Below the pieces are notes generated by a model. That model saw only the letters and a program-made list of their open reading frames with translations. It was not told the origin of the DNA and did no database searches. A stretch of 32,520 bases of DNA from Octopus sinensis. Taxonomy: Eukaryota. This document shows positions 12,490-23,760 of this stretch, in pieces; position 1 is the stretch's first letter; each line of letters begins with the position of its first letter. The stretch lies in contig NW_021832824.1 in assembly GCF_006345805.1 (NCBI RefSeq), forward strand, positions 1-32,520. Direction: 5' to 3'. Made by a program: the position numbers and the translations under genes.

Positions 12490-13037
12490 ATATATTATAT
12501 AACTTATTAACTTCCTAATCTCCATTTTCTTTTGTTCTTTTAAATGGATATAAACTATATGATTTATATATATATATAAATTTGCGTAAGTTGAATATCA
12601 TAACATTGTAGTAGCAATAATACGAGGTTTCAACTAATATATCATCTACGTTTCATTTTCAAGATAGTGTTGGGAATTTGGAGGTAATATAACCACGTGA
12701 TTAATCTTACAGAAAGGAACTAATTGAGTACATGTGATACACACACACCCACACACACACACACATATATATATATACATATATACCAAAAATTGATAAT
12801 TATATATATATAAATTATATATTTTATATAATTTATATATATATATAATTATTAATTTTAGTATATAATTTACCCACAACGCTTTATCTCATGTTGGCCA
12901 CTTGATAGTATCATTAACATGATTTTATCCTGATTTCTATCAAGTATATATACATGTGTGTGTATATGTATATATATGTATATATTATATATATATGTAT
13001 ATATATATTTATATATAGATATGTATATATATATATC

Positions 13038-13087
<50 letters not shown>

Positions 13088-13166
13088 ATTTATATATATA
13101 TATATTTATGTATATGTATATTTATATATATATATATACACATATATATACATATATATAATATAT

Positions 13167-13202
<36 letters not shown>

Positions 13203-13329
13203 AATTATATATTTTATATAATTTATATATATATATAATGTTGATTACCCTTCTAACGTTTCGACCGAAATGAACGGCACAGTAAGCACAGTAAAGTAAC
13301 CATGATCACATTTTCTCAATCAAGAATAG

Positions 13330-13576
13330 ATTCCAGTACTGTAACATCTTGGTTTTCAAAGCTCCACAATTCTTCACCATTCTGCCTAACAACCTCAGAG
13401 ATCTGCGCTCTTTGGAGATCTTCGTAGACCGCATAGAAAAACTTTATGAGATGCCAGATGAACCCACATCGCGGCAGGAGGCACAGAAAAACAAAAACTT
13501 CTGTCCACCTCGCAACTCCACCAGAAACTGTAGAGAAGGGAAACCCAATCACACTGAGAGGGTGTGTTCCAGGTGA
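13330..13576 (+). pseudogene. 3' fragment of a CR1-like LINE ORF2
   Basis: YCNILVFKAPQFFTILPNNLRDL...EMPDEP resembles the CR1-group C-terminal pattern (PxLFNxLPxxLR...FKxxLD..L..VPDEP). Confidence 0.55.
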
Positions 13577-13942
13577 ATATCAACCTCTAGTTCAAATCAG
13601 TAAATGATAAAATATAAAGGAAGATATATGAGATATACCGGTATTTATTAACCAACGCACTTGCAACTAACTTTATGATATGGAAATACATCTTGTATAT
13701 ATCAGTTATATACGTATTGACTGATATTATTTTGGTTAAGCTTATCACACGCTAATTAACGTCTTATATATAAGAGATACAATAGCCTCCTAACTCTGCG
13801 ATTAATAGTGTTACATGATCGCTGATTTTATATATGATTTATATATTGTAATAAATTTTATAACGTTATGTATGTTGTACATAAAACCCTAATAACATTC
13901 TTCTAATTGTTGCAGCATGAAGTGGATTAATTACATTCATAA

Positions 13943-13945
<3 letters not shown>

Positions 13946-14010
<65 letters not shown>

Positions 14011-14073
14011 GTAATAATAATAATAATAATATAATAATAATAATAATAATAATAACAATAATAATAATAATAA
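13946..14073. repeat. (TTA)n abutting (TAA)n array
   Basis: The repeat switches strand at ~13975, making a spacerless inverted repeat. Confidence 0.9.
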
Positions 14074-14074
14074 T

Positions 14075-14203
14075 TCCCCACCCCCCAAATATATGGCACA
14101 CTAGGCATAACAACAACATGAACTTCCAACCCTGTTGTCTCTTGAGGTCTCTGGGTGAGACTTGGAGCCAACTTGTACAAATATAAAGCAAAAGTCAAAC
14201 ATA

Positions 14204-14205
<2 letters not shown>
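14075..14205 (+). mobile_element. Short retroposon 3' end between TAA arrays (probable Dong-type 3' UTR)
   Basis: A 130-bp complex island flanked by (TAA)n on both sides, ending ...AAAGTCAAACATAG(AAT)n. The family assignment is inference. Confidence 0.45.
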
Positions 14206-14266
<61 letters not shown>

Positions 14267-14281
14267 TTACAATAATAATTA

Positions 14282-14754
14282 AAGGCCCTGATATAGTACC
14301 AAGTAGTGGCTCTCATGGCTTCTGATCTTAACAGACTGGAAGTGTTATCATGTGCATTTTCCAGTCTTCGTATAAAATATGGGTTACAGCAAATATTCTG
14401 CTCAATACCACAGATTTGCTTGTCAGTTGCTTGACCATAACCAGTTGAGCATGTCCCTTTGTGGCTGACGATATGTATATCTCTGATCATGAGCAGAAGT
14501 AATGGGGGAGCATCATAGCCATGTGTTGAGCGGAACTATTAGGGGTTTGGATAATTCACCTTTGGAAACATTGGTGTTTTGTTCAACATCCTTAAATAAC
14601 CCTTATTTAGAGATGAGATCACTATGTCGGGCACATATGGTTGTGATGCATGTGCCTAGTGTACCCTTATCAGAGGGGTAGTCATGATGGGTATACTGGA
14701 CTTCGTATATTTTACCCCAGTGTCTCTTTGATAGCATGCACTGCTCTCTCACTC
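14282..14754 (+). mobile_element. Non-coding interspersed repeat (family D) copy 1, with (AAT)n tail
   Basis: Aligns to 25715-26153 (+) and 23761-24175 (-). Ends GCACTGCTCTCTCACTC(AAT)n. Has an internal deletion near 14608 relative to the other copies. Confidence 0.9.
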
Positions 14755-14821
<67 letters not shown>

Positions 14822-14999
14822 TGATGATAATAATAACAATAATAAGAATTGGAAGGAGCAAATATGGAAAAGAAGATTACAAAATAAGGTAGGGCTCTAA
14901 GTTAAGATCTGAGCAGATTAGGACAAGATAGAAACAGGACAAGATGGAAACAGGACAAGATAGGAAACACAAGACGTAAATATTCCTCTGAGTAAAAAT

Positions 15000-15605
15000 A
15001 CATAGTCTAAGACAAAGGATTTGGAATAGTTATGGAAGAGTTTAAACAGCTTATAATTGCAATAGTAATTAAGCTTTCCAGGCATCTGAAAAGAATAGGC
15101 CAGTTTCAACAGAAAAGATTATTTGAGACTCACCAGAGGAGATGTTATCGCCAAATAAATAGTGTATAAGAAATTACTGGACGTGAGAATCCTAATGCAG
15201 AAGAAGCCAGAAAGTTCTGGAGTGATATTTGGGATAAGCCAGGTAATAACAATTAGAGATGCAGTATGGTTAAAGAAAGTGAGGAGAAAAGTAGCTACTG
15301 AAAAGCAGCCAGATTTAAAACTAACTAGAGTATTAATAAGTAAAGTGTTACGAAAATGTCGCATTGGAGGGGTCCAGAAACAGATTTAGTTCAAGGGTAC
15401 TGGTTAAAGAAATTTAGTAGTATCAGGATTGCCTTAATAGAGGAATAATACCAGATTAGATTGTTAGAGGGAGAACAATACTCCTTCTGAAAGACAAAAA
15501 CAGGGGTAATATAGCTTGCAATTATAGACCAATCACTTGCTTACCATTAGTATGGAAGCTGTAACAGGAATGCTTTCAGAAAGCATTTACGAGCACCTTG
15601 ACAAC
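15000..15605 (+). pseudogene. Dong/R4-clade LINE fragment 1 (pre-RT region and RT start)
   Basis: EEFKQLIIA...[40 protein letters not shown]...[24 protein letters not shown]. Contains stops and frameshifts. Confidence 0.85.
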
Positions 15606-15609
15606 TAGC

Positions 15610-17828
15610 ATTTACAACTAGCCACAAGCATGGGAAGACATCACAATAGTAGACCTAAGGATGACACACACAAAGGTTCATAAGTGGAAATCTCTTGGTA
15701 ATGATAGGGTGCCAAATTTCTGGCGTGTCTCGCTCCCGTGCACACACGAAAAGTTAGTCCAGTTATTCAATGAATTTATGAGAGATCCTGCGAAAACATC
15801 CGATTAGGTGTCTATCTACAACATGAAATTTTAACATCGAAGCTCGTGGAGAAAACATACGAATTTATGGAACAGAACGATATTTTCCCCACTGAAGAAA
15901 AAGGGTGCCAACAGGGCTCAGAGGGATGCAGATACCAACTCTTAGTCAATCTCATGATCCTTGAGAACTGTAATAACAAACGCAGAAATTTCAGGTTTGA
16001 ATGGATTGGTTATAAAAAGACCTTCGACAGCATACCGCATTCATGGATCTTAAAATCGCTGGATATCTTCAAATTTTCTCCTGTGATGTCAAGCTCCCTA
16101 AAGCACATGTCAATGTGGAATACAAATCTCCAATTATGCCACTCTAATTGAGTACCGATATTGATATCAGCTGCGGTATTTTCCAAGGTGACTCACTTTC
16201 ACCTTTAATTTCCTGCATAGTCCTAATACTCCTTAGAAGTGAACTCAACAGAACTGGGTATGGATATAAAGTTGGCCACAGGAAAATAAATCATTTATTT
16301 TATATGGATGACTCAAAACGCTATGGCGAAGACGATAATGAGCTCGAAGGACTACTACTTACTGCGAAAGATTTTCAGTGATGACACTAGGATGGAAGTT
16401 GGTCTTGATAAATGCGCCAAGGCCACTTTCCAGAAAGGGAAACTGAAGACCTCACAGTCATAACAGAACTCGAACAGGAACAAACTTACAAGCACCTCGG
16501 AATAAATGAGGGCTCTGGCATTTAATATGCAAGTATGACGGAGAAGATCAGGAAGGAGTGTTACAGGAGAATTCAAGTAGTCGTAAAATCCGAGTTAAAT
16601 GCACATAACAATATGTTAGCTATAAATTCCTTCGCAGTTGCTACTGTTAATTACAGTTTCAATGTGTTGAACTGGAATATGAGCGAAATATAACAAAATG
16701 ACAGGAAAATCCGTAAGCTACTGACTTGCAATAAGATGCACGACCCAAAGGTAGACGCAGATCGTCTTTACCTACCCAGGGCTCAAGATGGTCGAAGTTT
16801 GACCCAATTTGAAATCTACTACAAAACCACCACAATTGGACTGGCAAAATATCTTGAAACATCTAACGACCGGATGTTAAAGTTCATTGAAAATTATAAA
16901 AGACGTAAGAAACATCATTCTGTTATGAAGGAGACCAGAAAACTTTGAAGTGAGTTCATGCATAATACTCAGATAGAACAGAATGAGGGAAGTGCAGCAA
17001 CTGTAGTTGCAAAGAAGGTGAAATCAATTGCAAAGCAAAATGAGCTTGAATAATTGACAGAGTGGTGGAAACAAAAAACTCTACTTGGCAAAATTGTGTC
17101 CCGTACCAAACATGTTGATGTTGACCAGAAGCACACCCATCAGTGGCTACGGAGTTCAGGGTTAAAGGCAGAGAGGGAAGGCATTATCTTGGCTACCCAA
17201 GATCAGAGCTTATTGACCCGGAACTATCAAGCCAATGTGATGAAAAATGGTGTAGACCCAAAGCGCCGATACAGCAACGATGGGATAGAAACAGTCGATC
17301 ACCTAATCTCTGGATGTAAGGTTTTAGCACCTGTAGAGTACAAATCAAGACATGACAGAGTTGGCCAAAATCTACACTGAATAATGTGTCGGCATTATAA
17401 AGCCAAAACTGTTGACAAGTAATACAAGCACCACCCTAAGGCTGTAACTGAGGGAGAAAATGTAACTACTCTTTGCAACTTCCTAGTCTGTACAGATCGG
17501 ACTATCAAGGCAAATAAACCAGATATTGTTGTGAAAGACAAAACAATAACTTATGTTTATTGATTGATGTGAGCATACCCTGTGAACATAAATATCGTCA
17601 AAAGAATTCGATAGACTCAGAAAATATAAGGATTTGCTAACTGAAATCAAAAAGATGTGGCACCTCAAGACGGTTACAATACCATTGATTGTAGGAACAC
17701 TTGGAATGATCAAAAAGGGAACTGAAAATTATTTAAGAAGGATCCCTGGCTTACCATCCATGCAGGAGGTGCAAAAAATTGTCTTAACTGATACATCACA
17801 CATATTGAGAAGAGCATTGTCGTTGTGA
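15610..17828 (+). mobile_element. Dong/R4-clade LINE 2, 5'-truncated and disrupted (RT + decayed CCHC + restriction-like endonuclease)
   Basis: KWKSLGNDRVPNFW, WIGYKKTFDSIPHSWI, GIFQGDSLSPL, HLFYMDD, ETVDHLISGC, RHDRV, NKPDIVV, KYKDL..EIKKMW, IPLIVGTLG, ending LRRALSL*. Confidence 0.95.
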
Positions 17829-17989
17829 ATTTTCTTTCCTTTTCCCCCTTTATTTTATTTGTTTACTTTTCTTTATTTTTTCTCCTTTTTCTCTCTGTTT
17901 TCCCCTCTTTCTCTATCACATGACTTTGTAAATGAACAATCTGGTGTTCTTGTTTTAATGGCCCACCAATGTATACAGTAAGTTTCTCT

Positions 17990-18335
17990 GCCGTAGGTGT
18001 CAAGAAGACATTCGGCAAGAAATGGAAACGGAATTGAAAGAAGATGCTAATAAAAACAAAATCAAATATTAAAAAAAAAATTAGAAATATAAAGATCTGG
18101 CCAGAGGGCTGGAGAGACTTGAAGAGAACAGTTATGACTTGGTACAACATCTAAAATAATACCTTAGAGACAGAAAGAGATGGGAATTAAGACTCGCATT
18201 ATCCATCTGCAGTAAAGTACCATATTATATTCTCAAAGAACCCCAAGAAACACTCTTGAGATTTGAGAAAACTTGTCTGCAAATCTTAACATAAAATTCG
18301 TGTTAATTAAATTAGCATGTACTAGCTTGATAGCA
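17990..18335 (+). mobile_element. Possible highly decayed 3' end of another Dong/R4 element
   Basis: KYKDLA at ~18086 and IIHLQ*STIL near 18200 resemble the endonuclease C-terminus. Followed by a short (TAA)n. Confidence 0.4.
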
Positions 18336-18430
18336 ATGATAATAATAATTATTGTTGTTGTTGTTGTTGTTGTTGTTCTTCTTCTTCTTCTTCTCTTCTT
18401 CTTCTTCTTCTTCTTCTTCTCATTATTATT
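18336..18430. repeat. Compound (TAA)(TTG)(TTC)(TTA) trinucleotide array
   Basis: Read directly from the sequence. Confidence 0.9.
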
Positions 18431-18444
18431 AGTGTTAATCAGTA

Positions 18445-18754
18445 ATCTTATTTTTTTTACGCGCTTTCACTGCACTACCGAGCGAAGCGCTGTGTACCTT
18501 GGGTATGTGCTGTGGTATATTGTGATGCTCTCATTTTTACTGTATTGTAAGCGTTTCAATTAGAATGTGTGCGGTACGTAGTAGTGCTATTTTCTGTATG
18601 TTACATATATTTGTTAGTCCTGGTGTTTTTGTTACGTAATTGTCTGAATATTTTTTTTATCATACTTCATGCGCCCACTATAATAGGAATTGTTTCTGTT
18701 TTTAGACACCACATTCGAGTTAACCTCTATTTCCAAGTCTTTGTATTTTGAAAG
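18445..18754 (-). mobile_element. 3' fragment of a Dong/R4 LINE
   Basis: Minus strand reads LSKYKDLEIEV..MWCLKTETIPIIVGA...PGLTNICNIQKIALLRTAHIL, homologous to 17620-17828. Bounded by TTA repeats. Confidence 0.85.
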
Positions 18755-18777
18755 TTATTATTATTATTATTATTATT

Positions 18778-21700
18778 TGCACAGCTTCTAACGCTGGAGA
18801 TGTTCTACAGTCTCAGCTGTTCACTACCAGTGAACTAATATAACACCTCTTATTTTCTGAGCACCTTCCGGAGCATTCGAACGGTTCCAAGCACTGCTGT
18901 TTTCTGCATGTGCTCTACCCTTATTGCAGCCCTTATTTGTTCCACGTACTTCTCGAGATTTTTGCTCACCGTTCCCAGGGCTCCGACAATTATTGGTACT
19001 ACTGCTAACTTTTGCATCGACGATAACTGCTTAACTTCCCAAGCTGACCTGTCATATCTCTCGACATTACTTTCTTCCTTATCTCATATCTTGTTGTCAG
19101 CTGGGCATGCTATATCTATGATCCAGCATAGTTTGTTTTTTTTCTCAATTAAGACTATGTCCGGTTTCCTATTCTCTATCTCATGGTCGCACTGAATCAT
19201 AAAATCCCATAGGATCTTTGCATTTCTATTTACGACAATGCCTTCATGTTTGTGGTCGTACCTATTATTTGCTCTGTTAAGTCCATACTTGTTGCAAAGT
19301 GTCCAATGGAGAAGCCTGGTAATATTGTAGTGGCGTCTCCGCCGTTTTGACCTCAGATTCTGCACTTACCACTTTCTGATGTGCTGTCTATTCTGTATTT
19401 TATGTAGTTTGTTCTTAGTGCTTGCTCTTGGGCAGCACAGATTAGAGCCTTCGTTTCCTGTTTTAAATCACTTTTAGCCATCCAAAGCCATCTTTTTTCT
19501 CTGTCTGTCTTATCTTCAACATCCATATGAAATTGACCATGCATTCTTTTCTTTACCCACCTATTTTCAGTTTCATTCGTTTTCATTTTCTTGTATAGTG
19601 CTTTATCTTTGCAATCTTTCATCCTACACAAGCCTGACCTTCTATTAATAGCGAGTCTGTGGCATTTTTTACAAACCATGCTATGTTGTTTTCTTCTGCT
19701 CTAATGCAGTGCTCGCATCCAGTAAAGCAACTTTCTCCTCTTTTTCTTGGTGTATACAATTTGTCTGTGTCGCTTTTTCGTTGGAGTGACCTATATCTAG
19801 TTAGCAACTTCCTTGTCTTTCTGTCTAAGCTGTTTAGTTCGTCTACTGTCCATGCGATTACCCCTGATTCATATCTAAGGAGTGAAACCGCCTAGGTGTT
19901 GATAGCTTCGATCTTATTCCGTTCGTTTAATTTCAACTTAAGGATCAGTTTCAGTCTGCGCAAGTCCTCCACCTTAAATTTTTCTGTTATTTTTTCTCCA
20001 TCAGTTTATCCATTTCCAAAATTCCCAAGTACATAGCCCGTCTCTTCTATCTGCTTCATAACCTCCCCCGACGGTATCGTTAGTCCGTCCATAAATTTGA
20101 TTTTGCCTCTCTTCAAGTCTAACACACCACACTTTCTCAGTCGGAATTCCATTTTGATATCAGCACTGAGGTATACACCGTATCAACGATGGAACTGACT
20201 TGGGCTTCATCTTTACCATAAAGTTTGAGATCATCTATGAATAACAAATGGTTGACATTTTGTTGGCGGCTTTTGAATACATACCCAGGTTTTGCTTTCC
20301 TCAGAATCAATGTCAGTGGTATGAAGCATAGTACAAAGATCAGTGGGGATAGGCAGTTACCTTGGAAGATGCCCCTTCTAATTTCTATTGTCCCTAAACT
20401 TCTTCTGTATGCTGTCAGGTCCGTCCTCCAATTCACCATACTTTTTCCAATGAATCGTTCAAAATTCGATGAAATTCCAAACAGGTTCATACATTCCATA
20501 ATCCCAGAATGTGGGATCATATCGTACGCCTTACGATAGTCGATCCATCACATGGCTAAGTTACTTTGCCTCCTCTAGCAGTCTCTGACTACAGTTTTAT
20601 CTATCAGGAGTTGATCCTTGGTACATCTGCACTTACGCTTGTAACCCTTGTGCTCATGTGGTAGGACTCCATTCTTTTCTAGATGTTCGTACGTTGACTC
20701 TGCGAGTATTCCTGTCAATAATTTCCACATAAGTGGCAAACAGGATAACGGCCTCTAATTGTCTACCGTATTGCTTTTTCGATATTTTTGAGGCACAGCA
20801 CTGTACTACCCATTGTCAACCACTCTGGCGTTCCATTGTCGGCATTTAACAAGGTGTTGAGTTGCGCAGCTATTCGTGCATGACGTTCACCAAATCTTTT
20901 GATCCAGCAGCCTTGAACTCCATCTGGTCCCGGGGCCTTCCAGTTGCTAATTCTTTTGCTTATTTCCTTCACTTCCCTAACTGAAATAACAGGTTCTGCC
21001 TGTTTGGGACAAACTACTGTTTGTGTCAGTTCTTGCAACTATTCCGCATCCTTCTTGTGCTCCTTGCCTTTGCTCCAGATGGTACTCCAAAACCTTTGAC
21101 TTTCAATGTTATCTGGTATCAACTTTTCATCTGTACACCCTCCATATATGTCTTTATAGAATCGCTTTTGATCTACTCCGAATGACCTATTCTGGTGGTA
21201 ACCCTTCATTCTTTGGTCGTATCTTACCAGCTTTGCTTTTTGTTTTTTGCAACGAGGCGCTGTTTCAGTCCCTCCACTTCTACTTTCAGCCCCTTTCTTT
21301 CAATATTATACTTCCTTTTCAGTGCCTGTATTTTTGTTCGCTTTTAAGCTCCCCTTTCTCTTTTCAGTCTAACATGTCTAACTCTGCTTGGATTCTTCTT
21401 TTCCACCATGGATCCTTTCTTTTGTCACCCCCATTTTGTTTATTTTTCTTGACATCGACACCCACATTTTCTGCTACAACAATACTTGCTGTCTTGATCA
21501 AATTATTTGCTTCTGTGACGCTGTTTGTGCTGATGTATTTCAGAATTTCATTGATATTTTTCGTTTCTTGGTTCAATTTCCATCGATCAACCTTTTTAAG
21601 GTTGCAAATAATGCCGCTATCGTTCTCCTGTAGTCTTGCCTTTATTCTATAGTAGATTGTCTTTTGTTCATCTCTCATGTCACTATTAGTTTTATCGTCT

Positions 21701-22293
21701 TCTTTTTGATCATCTATATGTCTCTCATCAAGTAAACTACCACTGCTCCTTTCCTACGCTATGAGATTACTCTTATTAGTAAGAATTGTATTTTTATCGT
21801 TATCTCTGCTACTATTTTCCATAAGCCGTCTTTTGATAGCTGTGAACCAACATTTTTTTCTTATTACTCTAGCTTCTTCACATAGACTCTGTTCCGTTAG
21901 TTGAAACAATCCCTTTTCTCTCCAGTGATCATACAGACGTTGTCGGTAACCCCTAATTTAAGCACCATTTTCATCTAGCGGTTTGCTCAGGTAGTAACAT
22001 TTCATGACCACAGCATTAATTTGCTTGCTCCATCTACGCCGTGTCTGGTGGCTCCTTTCTGTATATCGACAGTGTGGAGTCGGACCAGAATCTCTGAGCC
22101 TACCAGGTGTAACACTGTCACCATCATTGGCTTCAGTTTCATTACCACCGTTATTCACAATACTTTGTTCTTTCATTGTCACTTATATGTGGTAGCGATT
22201 ATCAGGTTGCGCAATTACCGGTGATTTTATTGTGACACCATCACTAGATGTATCATTATTAGCCCATAATGGGACTCTACCGGTTTCCTTTCA
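18778..22293 (-). mobile_element. Near-full-length Dong/R4-clade non-LTR retrotransposon (disrupted single ORF, ~22176 to 18850)
   Basis: N-terminal Myb-like RRRWSKQIN..VMKCYY...GYRQRL...TEQ. Then PWWKRRI, WKAPGPDGVQGCWIK, WIDYRKAYDMIPH, GIFQGNCLSPL, HLLFIDDLKLY, a partly deleted Zn knuckle KCRI, RKPDIVL..IIDIACP, VPIIVGALG, and the end QKTAVLGTVRMLRKVLRK*. (TAA)n tail at 18755-18777; TAA/CAA array upstream. Confidence 0.95.
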
Positions 22294-22298
22294 TTATT

Positions 22299-22337
<39 letters not shown>

Positions 22338-22350
22338 ATTATTATTATTA
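22293..22350. repeat. (TTA)/(TTG)n microsatellite
   Basis: Read directly from the sequence. Confidence 0.9.
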
Positions 22351-22620
22351 TCGTCACTGATATCACTGGTATTATTTTTTTTATGTGTAGTAGTTGCAGT
22401 GGTTGCAGCAACAAAAAATAGTAGCAGGGTGGGGGTAGTGGTAAGGGTGGTAGTTGGGCCTCAGATTCCTGTGCTATCATAATAGTAGTAGTCGTAGTAG
22501 TATTGTAGTATTACTGGTATTTGGTATCAACAGGTGCAGCATATTATTATTATTTTCATTATCACCACCACCAACACCACTACCATTTTCATTATTACCA
22601 TCACCACCACTACCATTGTA

Positions 22621-22660
22621 GACCTGTAGAATATGGTGAAAAGACCATATTCTACAGGTC
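22621..22660. repeat. Perfect 17-bp inverted repeat with a 6-nt loop
   Basis: GACCTGTAGAATATGGT-GAAAAG-ACCATATTCTACAGGTC. Confidence 0.95.
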
Positions 22661-22997
22661 AATAAATAGATCCGGCAGATGGTGGAGAGGTCAGCCATAG
22701 AAACAAAAGGATCTTCGCATCCCTTCGGTTCCGTAGATGTCAAATGTCTTTACTACTACTAGTGGCCCCTGACAGCGCTGCCTTGAAAGAAGCAATTCAA
22801 CTTGTTCTAGTCCATCGTTCTTTGGTTGGTTTTGTTATGGTTTCGTTTACACAGTATTTACTTTTTGACAGAACAACGCTCATTGGCATATGTTAATGTT
22901 TCTTTCGTATTCATAATTATTATTGATCTGTAAGCTAGAGACCGAGAAGAGACAGCAATGTGCATATATATTTATATATATATATATATATATATAT

Positions 22998-23292
22998 ACG
23001 TTTAAATATTTGTTGTGCAAGATTTTTTTATGTGAAGTCGTGTGTTGAAACAGATATTGTTATATTTCGGAATGGTCATATTGCCAGTTTAGCCAATTGG
23101 AGAGACACAAGTAAGTGAGAAGAAAACAAAGGACCACTGATGCGGTCACAGGAGTGTGACGAAAGAACTTTGGCCGAAATAAGATTAAGATTAATGTAAA
23201 AAATAAATATCACTGAAGCAAAATAACACCAATATATAGTGCGTGTGTTTTTATTGGCTAAACTGGCAATATGACCATTCCGAAATATAACA

Positions 23293-23296
<4 letters not shown>
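22998..23296. mobile_element. Non-coding island in (TA)n with 44-bp perfect inverted repeats and a degenerate hammerhead; probable Penelope terminal-repeat remnant
   Basis: 23054-23097 is the exact reverse complement of 23253-23296. CTGATG..GTCACA-GGAG-TGTGAC-GAAA lies at 23137-23164. Confidence 0.65.
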
Positions 23297-23327
<31 letters not shown>

Positions 23328-23366
23328 ATATATATATTTATAGTTATATATATATGTGTGTGTGTA

Positions 23367-23444
23367 GAGAGAGAGAGAGGGAGAGAGAGGGAGAGAGAGA
23401 GGGAAAGAGAGAGAGATAGAGAGAGGGAAAGAGAGAGAGAGAGA
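23367..23444. repeat. (GA)n-rich microsatellite
   Basis: Read directly from the sequence. Confidence 0.9.
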
Positions 23445-23760
23445 GGTCTTGTATGAATATGGATGTATATGTAATTGAAATATTAAATCCAATATTTTAT
23501 TCACAAATTTGCAGTTTTCGTATAGAAATATTGCAATCCATTTGTTTACATTTTCATGCACGTGTTGCTGTAGCGGCGTATCTGAGTGACGTTATCGTTT
23601 TGTATATATATACACCAGTTTCCTGAGATGGCTTACATTATAACATAGTTTCCTTTCGTTGTTCTTGTGGATTCTTAATTCCTGGTTCGTGATGGTTTCA
23701 GATTTGATCTAATCTTCCCGGCAGCTCGCTGTCACACGTCCATGCTGCTTGCTATTCGCT

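Noticed and set aside
13866-14490. Poly-Y/I/N/L ORFs (also 18273-18563, 22277-22482 and 29563-30132)
   Set aside because: Trinucleotide microsatellite translations.
14921-14975. Three copies of a ~15-bp unit GGACAAGAT(A/G)GAAACA
   Set aside because: Local slippage at the edge of a decayed LINE; there are no spacers, so it is not CRISPR-like.
21023-21652. 209-aa plus-strand ORF
   Set aside because: Antisense shadow of the Dong element, with no independent protein features.
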